Part shown: piece after piece, positions 26,054 to 34,619 of the stretch | How the letters are laid out: each line of letters starts with the position of its first letter | Numbering within the stretch: position 1 is the stretch's first letter | Assembly: GCA_964534125.1 (NCBI GenBank) | Contig: CAZHOJ010000001.1 | Span: forward strand, 689,484 to 753,483 | Direction of reading: 5' to 3' | Length of the DNA: 64,000 bases | From: an uncultured Ignavibacteriaceae bacterium | GTDB taxonomy: Bacteria > Bacteroidota > Ignavibacteria > UBA10030 | Program-made: the position numbers and the translations under genes | The notes under the pieces: model-generated | The model's input: the letters and a program-made list of their open reading frames with translations, nothing else | Database searches by the model: none | What the model was told of the DNA's origin: nothing

Positions 26054-27466
26054 ATGATGTCACGACCCGAATATCTTCTCCGCTTCCTCAACTGCCTCCT
26101 CATTGTATACGCCGGATGCTTCCCCGCATCAAAACGGCCTTTCATCTCCGTCCAGAACGGCGGTCTCCGCGAGGGAGAACGGCCCTACTACTTCGCCGGA
26201 ACAAATTTCTGGTACGGATCCTACCTTGGCTCGCCGGGGAAAACGGGCGACCGGGATCGGCTCGAACGAGAGCTGGATGCGCTATGCGAACTCGGCCTCA
26301 CGAACCTCCGCATCCTCGGTGGTTCGGAACGTTCGTACATGTCAAACATGCTCTCGCCGGCCCTGCAGCCTTCGCCGGGACAATACGACGAGGAATTGCT
26401 GCAGGGCCTCGATTATCTGCTCTCGGAAATGGCCGAGCGGGACATGCGTGCAGTGGTCTTCCTGACGAACTACTGGGAATGGTCGGGCGGGATGGCACAG
26501 TACGTCGTGTGGTCGGAAGGACTCGAAAAAGGTCCTGATCCACAGGACCCGGGTTTCGATTGGGCCGATTTCATGGACTTCTCAGCCCGATTCTACGGTG
26601 ATTCGCTGGCGCAGAATATGTACCGCACACATATCTCCCGCCTCATCACCCGGGTGAATACCGTTACAGGAGAGACGTATGCCGACGACCCAACCATCAT
26701 GGCGTGGGAGCTCGCCAATGAGCCCCGCCCGGGGACTGTGTCCGATGCTGGCGAGAAGAACCTCCCCGCTTTCTTCACATGGATCGACTCAACCGCTCAT
26801 TTCATTAAGACCCTCGATCCGAACCACCTGGTGACCACCGGCAGCGAAGGGATCATCGGGTCTCTCCTCTCTTCGGAGAATTTTCTCAGGGCACACGCAT
26901 CTCCTGCCGTCGATTACCTCACAGTACACGTGTGGCCGTATAATTGGAAGTGGTTCGATCCGAACGACATTGCCGCAACCATCGATAGTGCAGAGATCAA
27001 AGCAACTTCCTACATACAGCAGCACTTCGACCTTGCCCGAACACTGGGGAAACCACTGGTACTCGAGGAGTTCGGCCTCGCCCGCGACAGTGCCCGGACG
27101 GAGCCAGGTTCGCCGGTCACGGCGAGGGACCGGTACTTCAGGACACTGCTGCAAATGGTCTATGATTCAGCCGCCGCGGGGGCTCCGATCGCAGGGTCGA
27201 ACTTCTGGGCATGGTCAGGCGAGGGAACTGGCAGGAACATCGACGGACGGTGGCACGAAGGGGACCCGCTTCTCGGCGATCCCCCGCATGAGCCTCAAGG
27301 GATCAACTCCGTCTTCATTTCAGATCGGGGAACACTTTTGGTGCTGAAGGAACATGCGATGCGAATGGCCGGCCTTTGCACTAGAAGCCAGCTCAAAATC
27401 ATTTCTCGCAACGACCGCAACGGTAGAATAGAGAGCTCGCAACGTGGGATCCATACATTATTTTAA
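26054..27466 (+). CDS. Glycoside hydrolase family 5 (beta-mannanase-like) lipoprotein
   Basis: Trimmed to ATG 26054, giving MMSRPEYLLRFLNCLLIVYAGC. GH5 signatures FLTNYWEW, WELANEPR (acid/base Glu) and LVLEEFG (nucleophile Glu). Confidence 0.7.
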   Translation: MMSRPEYLLRFLNCLLIVYAGCFPASKRPFISVQNGGLREGERPYYFAGTNFWYGSYLGSPGKTGDRDRLERELDALCELGLTNLRILGGSERSYMSNMLSPALQPSPGQYDEELLQGLDYLLSEMAERDMRAVVFLTNYWEWSGGMAQYVVWSEGLEKGPDPQDPGFDWADFMDFSARFYGDSLAQNMYRTHISRLITRVNTVTGETYADDPTIMAWELANEPRPGTVSDAGEKNLPAFFTWIDSTAHFIKTLDPNHLVTTGSEGIIGSLLSSENFLRAHASPAVDYLTVHVWPYNWKWFDPNDIAATIDSAEIKATSYIQQHFDLARTLGKPLVLEEFGLARDSARTEPGSPVTARDRYFRTLLQMVYDSAAAGAPIAGSNFWAWSGEGTGRNIDGRWHEGDPLLGDPPHEPQGINSVFISDRGTLLVLKEHAMRMAGLCTRSQLKIISRNDRNGRIESSQRGIHTLF

Positions 27467-27596
27467 TGTTCTGCGTTGCGGGCGTTGCCTTCTTTGCGAG
27501 CGTTGCGAGAAACCATCCTGTGCAGAGTATTTTTGAGATTGCTTCTAGCAGGTTGCGGAAAAACCCTCCGGAGTAGGTTTCGCGCAACGTTCGCAA

Positions 27597-27666
27597 CGCC
27601 TGCCTGCGTGCCGGCCCTCGCCTCGTTCGACTTCGCTTACCTTCACGGCACTTCGGCAGGCAGGGG
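27597..27666. repeat. Hairpin repeat element family A, copy 1 (CCTGCCTGCGTGCCG...CGGCACTTCGGCAGGCAGG)
   Basis: 15-bp imperfect stem around an approximately 35-nt loop. It overlaps the 3' end of the small lipoprotein ORF. Related copy at 41625..41678 and a partial copy at 23925..23960. Confidence 0.6.
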
Positions 27667-27834
27667 AGTAACGGACGCAAAGAGTGAAATTTCACTCAAA
27701 CCGGAACCGCAGCCTACAGGCCGGGTGGATTCCTCCGGTTCACAGCCAAACTGTGATACTGCAACAAACACCAGCACGCTGACCATCGCCGTCAGTCGCA
27801 GCCCATACAAGATCTTGTCCAATTGCCGCTTCAT
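27643..27834 (-). CDS. Small putative lipoprotein (63 aa)
   Basis: GGAGG 8 nt upstream of ATG 27834. MKRQLDKILYGLRLTAMVSVLVFVAVSQFGC (lipobox). The C-terminus LPAEVP is encoded by the family-A hairpin element. Confidence 0.35.
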   Translation of the reverse strand: MKRQLDKILYGLRLTAMVSVLVFVAVSQFGCEPEESTRPVGCGSGLSEISLFASVTPLPAEVP

Positions 27835-27885
27835 CGCTGTTTCCTCCAGCCGTTCTCCGGCTGGCTCCTCGCTCCCACAAAAGCC

Positions 27886-28929
27886 TCAGAGAGCCCTTGC
27901 CACCGCCCCCATGACATTGTCAACGGATTGGTCGAGCATGCACCGGAAGTGCCCCTCCGGGCATGATGCCTTCCCGATGTGACTGCATGGCCTGCAGGCC
28001 AGTCCCGCCACTTCCAGAACGACCGAGCGTCCCGATACCGGGAAGAATCCAAATTCTCGTACGGTGGATCCGAACAATGCCACCACAGGCTTCTCGCGGG
28101 CGACGGCGATATGCATCAGCCCCGAATCGTTGGTCACGACGGCATCCACATATTCCATCGCTGCTGCCGACTCCATCAGGCTGCAGGTGCCGGTCAGGTC
28201 AATCACCCTCTCCGGATCCGCTGAGCCGCCGATATCTGCGGCGATCCACGCGTTGAGCTCCTTCTCGGCAGGTCCCCCGAACAGGACCACTGCTCCGTCA
28301 TACGCTGCCACAAGTCTGCTCCCAAGCTCGGCGTACCGCTCGCGCGGCCACTGCTTCGTCATGTGCTTCGCACCCGGGCAAAGGCCGAACACCTTCTCGT
28401 ACCGGTGCAGTTTGTAGGTCGCCATGCGGCCGTTCATCCCGAACAGGATCTCGTCCGTTATGAACAGCTCGAGCCCCTTGCCGTCATCGACAACTCCAAG
28501 GTCCCTGACCGTCTCGAGATACCTGTCCGCAACGGAGACCACTCCCTCGTAGAGGTTCTTCTTGAGCCGAACGAGGGCCGTTCTCTCCCGGATCCGCTTG
28601 TCGACCCTGACAACAGCAGGGACCGACCGGATCGCCCGGATGAACCTGCTCCGGAGGCTTCCATGGATGTCCACGATGAGGTCGTAGCGTTCCTCTTTAA
28701 TACGTCTCTTGAGACGCCGCAAGCCATCAAATCCCTCTCCGGCATCGAACTCATGCGTGTAATTGAGGTTCTGATTGTTCCGGACCAGTTCTGCGTACTC
28801 CTTTTTGGTCAGGAAATCGATCTGGGAGTCCGGGAATGAAGTGCGGAGCCCACGAAGGAGGGGCGACGCGAGGACGATGTCACCGATGGAACTAAAGCGG
28901 ATGACGAGTGTTTTAGAGGGGACGAGCAT
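27886..28929 (-). CDS. Glycosyltransferase family 9 (ADP-heptose:LPS heptosyltransferase-like)
   Basis: Trimmed to ATG 28929, giving MLVPSKTLVIRFSSIGDIVLASPLL. Typical RfaF/WaaC-like motifs (GGSADPERV, NDSGLMHIAVA). Confidence 0.8.
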   Translation of the reverse strand: MLVPSKTLVIRFSSIGDIVLASPLLRGLRTSFPDSQIDFLTKKEYAELVRNNQNLNYTHEFDAGEGFDGLRRLKRRIKEERYDLIVDIHGSLRSRFIRAIRSVPAVVRVDKRIRERTALVRLKKNLYEGVVSVADRYLETVRDLGVVDDGKGLELFITDEILFGMNGRMATYKLHRYEKVFGLCPGAKHMTKQWPRERYAELGSRLVAAYDGAVVLFGGPAEKELNAWIAADIGGSADPERVIDLTGTCSLMESAAAMEYVDAVVTNDSGLMHIAVAREKPVVALFGSTVREFGFFPVSGRSVVLEVAGLACRPCSHIGKASCPEGHFRCMLDQSVDNVMGAVARAL

Positions 28930-29118
28930 GACCTGACCAAAGTACGACTCCAAGTCAGGACGTGCAAACGGTGCATTGCTATTCCACCGGCCGGCAGATA
29001 TATTGCCCGGACACACCATCGGACGAAGGCAGACCCGGGACACGAAGCGTGATCAGGATCCCCTCCTGCTCATCTTCGTGCCTTTCTGTCTTCATAGACC
29101 CTCAACATCAGGAAGACC

Positions 29119-30630
29119 ATGTCGCGACCCAGGACCCTCGGTGAGCTCAGGAGCTCAGGCTATGCCGTTCTCCCCGTCAAGGAGGAGATACGCCGGAACC
29201 TCATCGAAAAGCTGAAGAAGAACGAACAGCTGTTCCCCGGCATCATCGGCTATGAGAAGACCGTCATTCCGGACATCATCAACGCCCTCCTCGCCCGGCA
29301 TGACCTCCTGCTGCTGGGATTGCGGGGACAGGCAAAATCCCGCATCGTGCGGCAGATTCCCCTGCTCCTTGACGAGTACATCCCCGTCGTCAAAGGAAGC
29401 GAGCTGAATGACAGTCCATTCCGGCCCGTCAGCAAGGCCGCAGTCGACCTCCACCGGGAGCACGGCGACGACCTTGAGATCGAGTGGCTCCATCGGGACC
29501 AGCGCTTCTCCGAGAAGCTTGCGACCCCCGACGTGACCATTGCCGACCTCATTGGCGACATCGATCCCATCAAGGCGGCGACGCAGCGGCTGCACTATGC
29601 GCACGAGGGGGCCATCCATTACGGCATCATCCCACGGTCGAACAGGGGCATCTTCGCCATCAACGAACTGCCAGACCTTCAGCCGCGCATCCAGGTCGGC
29701 CTGTTCAACATCATGGAGGAGAAGGACATCCAGATCCGCGGGTTCAACGTGCGCATCCCGCTCGACCTCCTGCTCGTGTTCACAGCGAATCCCGAGGACT
29801 ACACGAACCGCGGCAATCTGATCACTCCGCTGAAGGACAGGATCGATTCCCAGGTCCTCACCCACTATCCCCGCTCCCTGGACGATGCCATCGCCATCAC
29901 GAAACAGGAGGCCTGGGTCGAGCGCGACGGCCAGCAGGTCATCATTCCGCCCTTCATGCAGGAGATCGTCGAGCAGATCGGCTTCGAGGCACGCGCGAGC
30001 GAGTATGTCGATCAGAAGTCGGGCGTAAGTGCACGCCTGACCATCGCCTCGATGGAGAACCTCGTCAGCAATGCCGAACGACGGACGATCCTGTTCGGTG
30101 AGAGGACGATCGTACCCCGCATCATCGACCTCCACCACGCCCTGCCGGGTATGACGGGTAAGATCGAGCTCGTGTTCGAGGGCGAACAGGAAGGGCTCGC
30201 AAAAGTGAGCCGGGCGCTTATCGGCAAAGCGGTGCGCACGACGTTCCTGCGCTATTTCCCTGACCCGCTCGAGCGAAGGTCCCGGCGCCGGGAGGCAGCC
30301 CAGCAGGAGTCAGAGATATCTCTCTATGCTCCCATCCTCGCATGGTTCGAAAAAGGGAACCGCATCGAGATCGGGGACGACATGCCATCGGAGGCATTCT
30401 GCAGGGAGCTGGAACGCGTCGAGGGGCTCCGTGGCCTTGCGGAGACACAGCTGGCGATAGCGACAGACCAGCGGGACGTGCTCGCTTCGGCGATGGAATT
30501 CATCCTTGACGCTCTCCACCAGTGCTCGAAGATCGCCAAGGACGAGGTGGACCGAACCATCTCCTACAAGGACATGGTCGGGTCCATCTTCTCCGGCCGC
30601 GGCAGTGATCCGGACGAGGACGAACTGTGA
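29119..30630 (+). CDS. Mg-chelatase ChlI/BchI-like AAA+ ATPase with non-canonical Walker motifs (503 aa)
   Basis: IIGYEKTVIPDIINALLARHDLLLLGLRGQAKSRIV parallels ChlI IVGQEEMK...MIMGDRGTGKST, so Walker A reads GxxGxAKS. The Walker B region IFAINELPDL sits where VDEVN is expected, giving NE rather than DE. Sensor-1/second-region similarity to ChlI (LLLVFTANPED). The extra C-terminal ~180 aa has no counterpart in the ChlI motifs read here. Confidence 0.65.
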   Translation: MSRPRTLGELRSSGYAVLPVKEEIRRNLIEKLKKNEQLFPGIIGYEKTVIPDIINALLARHDLLLLGLRGQAKSRIVRQIPLLLDEYIPVVKGSELNDSPFRPVSKAAVDLHREHGDDLEIEWLHRDQRFSEKLATPDVTIADLIGDIDPIKAATQRLHYAHEGAIHYGIIPRSNRGIFAINELPDLQPRIQVGLFNIMEEKDIQIRGFNVRIPLDLLLVFTANPEDYTNRGNLITPLKDRIDSQVLTHYPRSLDDAIAITKQEAWVERDGQQVIIPPFMQEIVEQIGFEARASEYVDQKSGVSARLTIASMENLVSNAERRTILFGERTIVPRIIDLHHALPGMTGKIELVFEGEQEGLAKVSRALIGKAVRTTFLRYFPDPLERRSRRREAAQQESEISLYAPILAWFEKGNRIEIGDDMPSEAFCRELERVEGLRGLAETQLAIATDQRDVLASAMEFILDALHQCSKIAKDEVDRTISYKDMVGSIFSGRGSDPDEDEL

Positions 30631-31724
30631 GGTTCGAGTACAGGAAATGGCGGCCCGATTCGCAGACAGACGAACAGAAGCTCGAGTCGCTGATGTCCCT
30701 GTTCTCGTATCTCGTTGTCAAGACGAGCGGGGATGTGGAAGAGGCGCTCGCCTGGCTCCGCCAGCTCGCCGAGCAGTACGGCGTCTTCGACGAGAACCTC
30801 TCGATGGAGGAGCTCATAGAGAAGCTCAAGGAGATGGGCATCATCGAAGAGGTCAACGGCGTCCCGACACTGACCACACGCGGCGTCCAGAAGATACGGC
30901 AGGATGCCCTCCGCAACATCTTCTCGGACCTGAAAAAGTCGCCTGCCGGAGGTCACGAAACCCCGCATACCGGCCAGGGGACGGACCGCCTCAGCGAGAC
31001 CAGAAAATGGTCCTTCGGCGATCTCCCGACGAACATCGACCTGACGGCCACCCTGTCGAACGCCTTCAGGCGCGGCGGCATCGATTCGTTCTCCCTCACC
31101 GAGGACGACCTCGAGGTATATGATACTGAGCATCTCTCCAGCTGCGCGACGGTGGTCATGATAGACGTCAGCCACAGCATGATCCTGTACGGAGAGGACC
31201 GCATCACACCCGCGAAGCAGGTTGCGCTGGCGCTCAGCGAGCTCATCCGGACCCGCTTTCCGAAGGACTATCTTGCATGTCTTACCTTCGGCGACGAAGC
31301 GAAGGTCGTCAGCCTGGCCGAGGTCCCCTTCCTGAACGTCGGGCCCCATCACACGAACACGCGCGCCGGGCTTCAGCTCGCGCGGCAGCTTCTGCGCTCC
31401 GCTGGGAATGTGAACAAGCAGATCTTCATGATCACCGACGGCAAGCCATCAGCCATCTTCGAACCTTCCGGGCGTCTCTACAAGAATCCGATGGGCCTCG
31501 ACATGCGGATCGTGAACAAAACGCTGGATGAGGCGGTCCAATGCCGGCGCGAGAAGATCGTCGTCAGCACGTTCATGATCGCGCGCGACCCCTACCTCAT
31601 CGACTTCGTCGAGGAGTTCACCAAGGCCAATCATGGACGGGCGTACTATTCCTCACTGGACAATCTCGGCGAGTTCATCTTCGTCGACTACCTGAAGAAC
31701 CGCCGCCGCCGGATCTCCGGCTGA
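30627..31724 (+). CDS. von Willebrand factor A (VWA) domain protein, partner of the ChlI-like ATPase
   Basis: GTG start at 30627 overlaps the upstream stop (GTGA). An alternative ATG lies at 30693. Intact MIDAS (DVSHSM ... TDG) in the C-terminal half; the N-terminal ~170 aa is helical. Confidence 0.7.
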   Translation: MRFEYRKWRPDSQTDEQKLESLMSLFSYLVVKTSGDVEEALAWLRQLAEQYGVFDENLSMEELIEKLKEMGIIEEVNGVPTLTTRGVQKIRQDALRNIFSDLKKSPAGGHETPHTGQGTDRLSETRKWSFGDLPTNIDLTATLSNAFRRGGIDSFSLTEDDLEVYDTEHLSSCATVVMIDVSHSMILYGEDRITPAKQVALALSELIRTRFPKDYLACLTFGDEAKVVSLAEVPFLNVGPHHTNTRAGLQLARQLLRSAGNVNKQIFMITDGKPSAIFEPSGRLYKNPMGLDMRIVNKTLDEAVQCRREKIVVSTFMIARDPYLIDFVEEFTKANHGRAYYSSLDNLGEFIFVDYLKNRRRRISG

Positions 31725-31979
31725 CCGCCCGCCCGGCCCTGAAGGACCTCTCTGTGGCTCACACGGTCGCTCCATGACCAGCAAACAGGCACGTTTTCCA
31801 TTTTTATTCTTTCATCTCCGCTCTCACTTCTGTCGTCTGATTGTCTGTCATCTGTCCTCTTCCATCTTCAGTCTGTCATCTGACATCCTCTTTTCCCCCG
31901 GCGTCTGACTACTCGCTCCTAACGACTCAATACTCCTTCCACAATTGTATCTCTTCCCATTTTTGGCGATTTTGATTGA

Positions 31980-32744
31980 ATGCTGCTCATTTTCCCCTCT
32001 ATAGAAATAAGCCACAAGTCATGCGTGCAGGTGGTCCGGAACGTAGAGGGGACCTCGAAGTCCTACTCCCTCGACCCCGTGGACATGGCCATCCTGTGGA
32101 GGGGAGAGAATGCCAAGACCATGCATGTCGTGGACCTCGACGGGCTCCACGCAGGAAAGGTGGTCAACGGGGACATTCTCAAGCGCATGGTCGATGCGGT
32201 CGACACGCCGATCCAGGTCGGCGGAGGACTTCGGACATTCGAGGCCATCGAACACGTCCTGTCACTGGGTGTGTATCGGGTCGTTGTGGGAACGGCCGCC
32301 GTCGAGCAACCGCGTCTCATCGAACGGCTCATTAAGACCTTCGGAACGCGCAAGATCGCCATCGGCATCGATACAGAGGACGGCAAGATCATTGTGGAAG
32401 GAGGCAAACGGCGCCTGGAGATGTCTGCGCTCGACCTGGCGTTGGACATGAAGAAGCTGGGTGTCTCGCGGTTCGTCTACAGTGAGCGACGAAGCGAAGA
32501 CCACGACCACATCCTTCCGCTGGAATCCCTGAAGACGATCGCCACGCAGACGAATATCCGGGTCACGTGCTGGGGGGGTGTCCGGTCGTACAAGGACCTC
32601 CTCAGCCTCCAGGAACTGGAGAAATTCGGGATCGATTCGGTGATCGTCGGCAAGCCGCTTTATGAGAACAGGTTCCCGTGCCAGGCCCTGTGGCGCATCA
32701 ATGAAGAGAGCCTCGCTGATATGGGACCGACCAGGAGGATCTGA
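31980..32744 (+). CDS. HisA/HisF-family (beta/alpha)8-barrel isomerase homologue (HisA-like), outside any his operon
   Basis: 254 aa. MLLIFPSIEISHKSCVQV resembles HisA ML-IIPAIDLKDGKCVRL but has Glu where the first catalytic Asp is expected. VVDLDGL, GGGLR and GIDTEDGKI motifs are present. Confidence 0.65.
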   Translation: MLLIFPSIEISHKSCVQVVRNVEGTSKSYSLDPVDMAILWRGENAKTMHVVDLDGLHAGKVVNGDILKRMVDAVDTPIQVGGGLRTFEAIEHVLSLGVYRVVVGTAAVEQPRLIERLIKTFGTRKIAIGIDTEDGKIIVEGGKRRLEMSALDLALDMKKLGVSRFVYSERRSEDHDHILPLESLKTIATQTNIRVTCWGGVRSYKDLLSLQELEKFGIDSVIVGKPLYENRFPCQALWRINEESLADMGPTRRI

Positions 32745-32749
32745 GGACA

Positions 32750-33703
32750 ATGGACATTACGGTTGTCGGACATCTGTGCAAGGATACGATCATCCCCCCC
32801 GGAAGCGACAAGCCTGCCGCGACCCAGTTTGGCGGGATCATGTACGCCATCGCTGCCCTCTCAGGACTGACGGGGGATGACGACATGATACATCCGGTCT
32901 TCGGCGTCGGCGAGGCCGACCACGACGACCTGATGGCGGCGCTCGCTCAGTTCCGGTCCGTATCCACGAAGGGGATATTCACCTTTCCGGGGCGGACCAA
33001 CGAGGTTACCCTCTTCCACGAAGAAGCGGCCGCTCCCCGCACCGAATGTTCCGAACATATCGCCGAGCCGATACGGTTCGACCGCATCAAGCCATACCTC
33101 GGCACAGACGGCGTCCTCGTGAACATGGTTTCCGGGTCCGACATCGCACTCGAGACGCTCGATGGCATCCGCATGGCGGTGCGCGACGCACGGACCCCCA
33201 TCCACTTCGATTTTCACTCGCTCACCCTCGGCATCCAGAAGAAGGGAAAACGCTTCCGGCGTCCCCTGACCGACTGGCGCCGCTGGGCGTTCATGCTCCA
33301 ATCAGTCCAATTGAGCGAGGAGGAGGCGAAAGGCCTCTCATCGGAGCGGTACGACGAGACGACGCTCATCAATCAGCTGATGCCGCTGATGGTCCATACT
33401 CTGCTGATCACGCGCGGGGACAGGGGCGCCACAGTGATCGTGCAGAATGAGCACAAGCACCTTACACGCACGGATATCCCCGGCCTCCCGGTCGCTGCGG
33501 CCGACACCACTGGCTGCGGAGATGTGTTCGGCGCGACCTGGCTTCATACATTCATTTCGACGCAGGACCCCGTCGCTGCGGCTCAGCGGGCGAACGAGGT
33601 CGCGGCATTCCACGCATCCCTCCCTCCGTCCGGAAAACCGCAGGCTTTGTTCGGAAACCTCTCCGCGGGCATACCGGCGCAGCCGGAGAAAGCAGGGGAC
33701 TGA
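32750..33703 (+). CDS. PfkB-family carbohydrate/nucleoside kinase
   Basis: AGGAGG upstream. N-terminal GG motif FGGIMYAIAAL and C-terminal DTTGCGDVFGA signature. Confidence 0.75.
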   Translation: MDITVVGHLCKDTIIPPGSDKPAATQFGGIMYAIAALSGLTGDDDMIHPVFGVGEADHDDLMAALAQFRSVSTKGIFTFPGRTNEVTLFHEEAAAPRTECSEHIAEPIRFDRIKPYLGTDGVLVNMVSGSDIALETLDGIRMAVRDARTPIHFDFHSLTLGIQKKGKRFRRPLTDWRRWAFMLQSVQLSEEEAKGLSSERYDETTLINQLMPLMVHTLLITRGDRGATVIVQNEHKHLTRTDIPGLPVAAADTTGCGDVFGATWLHTFISTQDPVAAAQRANEVAAFHASLPPSGKPQALFGNLSAGIPAQPEKAGD

Positions 33704-33706
33704 TAC

Positions 33707-34618
33707 ATGAAGCGGGTGCTCGTGTGCGGGAGCAACGGACTGTTGGGTCAGCAGATCGCCCATCGGCTTGGAGGAAGGACCGACCTTGAGGTCCTCCACA
33801 CAGGTCGGCAACGATCGTTCGTCTTCGACCATCTGCTGTTCGATTACACGCAGCTCGACCTGACACACCGGGGCGACGTCCGGAGCCTCGTGTCAAGCTT
33901 TCAGCCCGATGTCATCATCAACACCGTCGCGGCGGTCGATGTGGACTGGTGCGAGCTGAACCGCGAGGAAGCGTGGAACACGAACGTCTCGACCGTGGAG
34001 CACCTGATCGAAGCGGGACGGCGTAACAACAGCCACATCATACACGTATCGACGGACTACGTGTTCGATGGAAAGAACGGGCCGTACACCGAGGAACAGA
34101 AGCCGGGGCCGGTGAACTACTACGGAAAGACCAAGCTCGCGGCCGAGAACCTCCTGCTTGCCTCGGACCTTCCCGTCACGATCGCCCGTGTGAGCCTGCT
34201 GTTCGGGGCCGGTATCACAATAAAACCGCATTATGTTTCGAAGGTCGTCAGGGCGTTGCGCCGGGGAGAGCCCGTCCTGGCGACGAAAGACATCGGCACG
34301 AATCCAACGCTCGCCTCAGATGCGGCCGGAGCTATTCTCACGGCAATGGAAGGGTCGCACACCGGCATCTTCCATGTGAGCGGGCCCGACGGCATCAACC
34401 GCCTCGACTACGCACGAATGATCGCGGAGGTGTTCGACCTCCCGGCAGATGGAATCAAGGTGGTCCTGGGCTCGGACCTCAAGCTCCCCGCTGTCCGGCC
34501 GCGGTGGACCGGATTCTCCATCGCAAAGGCACAGCGGGTATTGTTATACGGTCCACTGCCGCTTCGGCATGCGCTCGAACGGTACAAACAGGACCTCATA
34601 CACACCGTGAACAACTGA
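33707..34618 (+). CDS. NAD(P)-dependent sugar-nucleotide reductase, RmlD (dTDP-4-dehydrorhamnose reductase)-like
   Basis: 303 aa. Rossmann GSNGLLG and catalytic YGKTK. Starts 4 nt after the PfkB stop. Confidence 0.7.
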   Translation: MKRVLVCGSNGLLGQQIAHRLGGRTDLEVLHTGRQRSFVFDHLLFDYTQLDLTHRGDVRSLVSSFQPDVIINTVAAVDVDWCELNREEAWNTNVSTVEHLIEAGRRNNSHIIHVSTDYVFDGKNGPYTEEQKPGPVNYYGKTKLAAENLLLASDLPVTIARVSLLFGAGITIKPHYVSKVVRALRRGEPVLATKDIGTNPTLASDAAGAILTAMEGSHTGIFHVSGPDGINRLDYARMIAEVFDLPADGIKVVLGSDLKLPAVRPRWTGFSIAKAQRVLLYGPLPLRHALERYKQDLIHTVNN

Positions 34619-34619
34619 C

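Noticed and set aside
29155-30138. 327-aa minus-strand ORF antisense to the ChlI-like gene, and 30564..31352 antisense to the VWA gene, 35386..36540 antisense to serS, 37165..38406 antisense to the ABC gene
   Set aside because: The sense-strand genes have clear catalytic motifs. The antisense translations are low-complexity.
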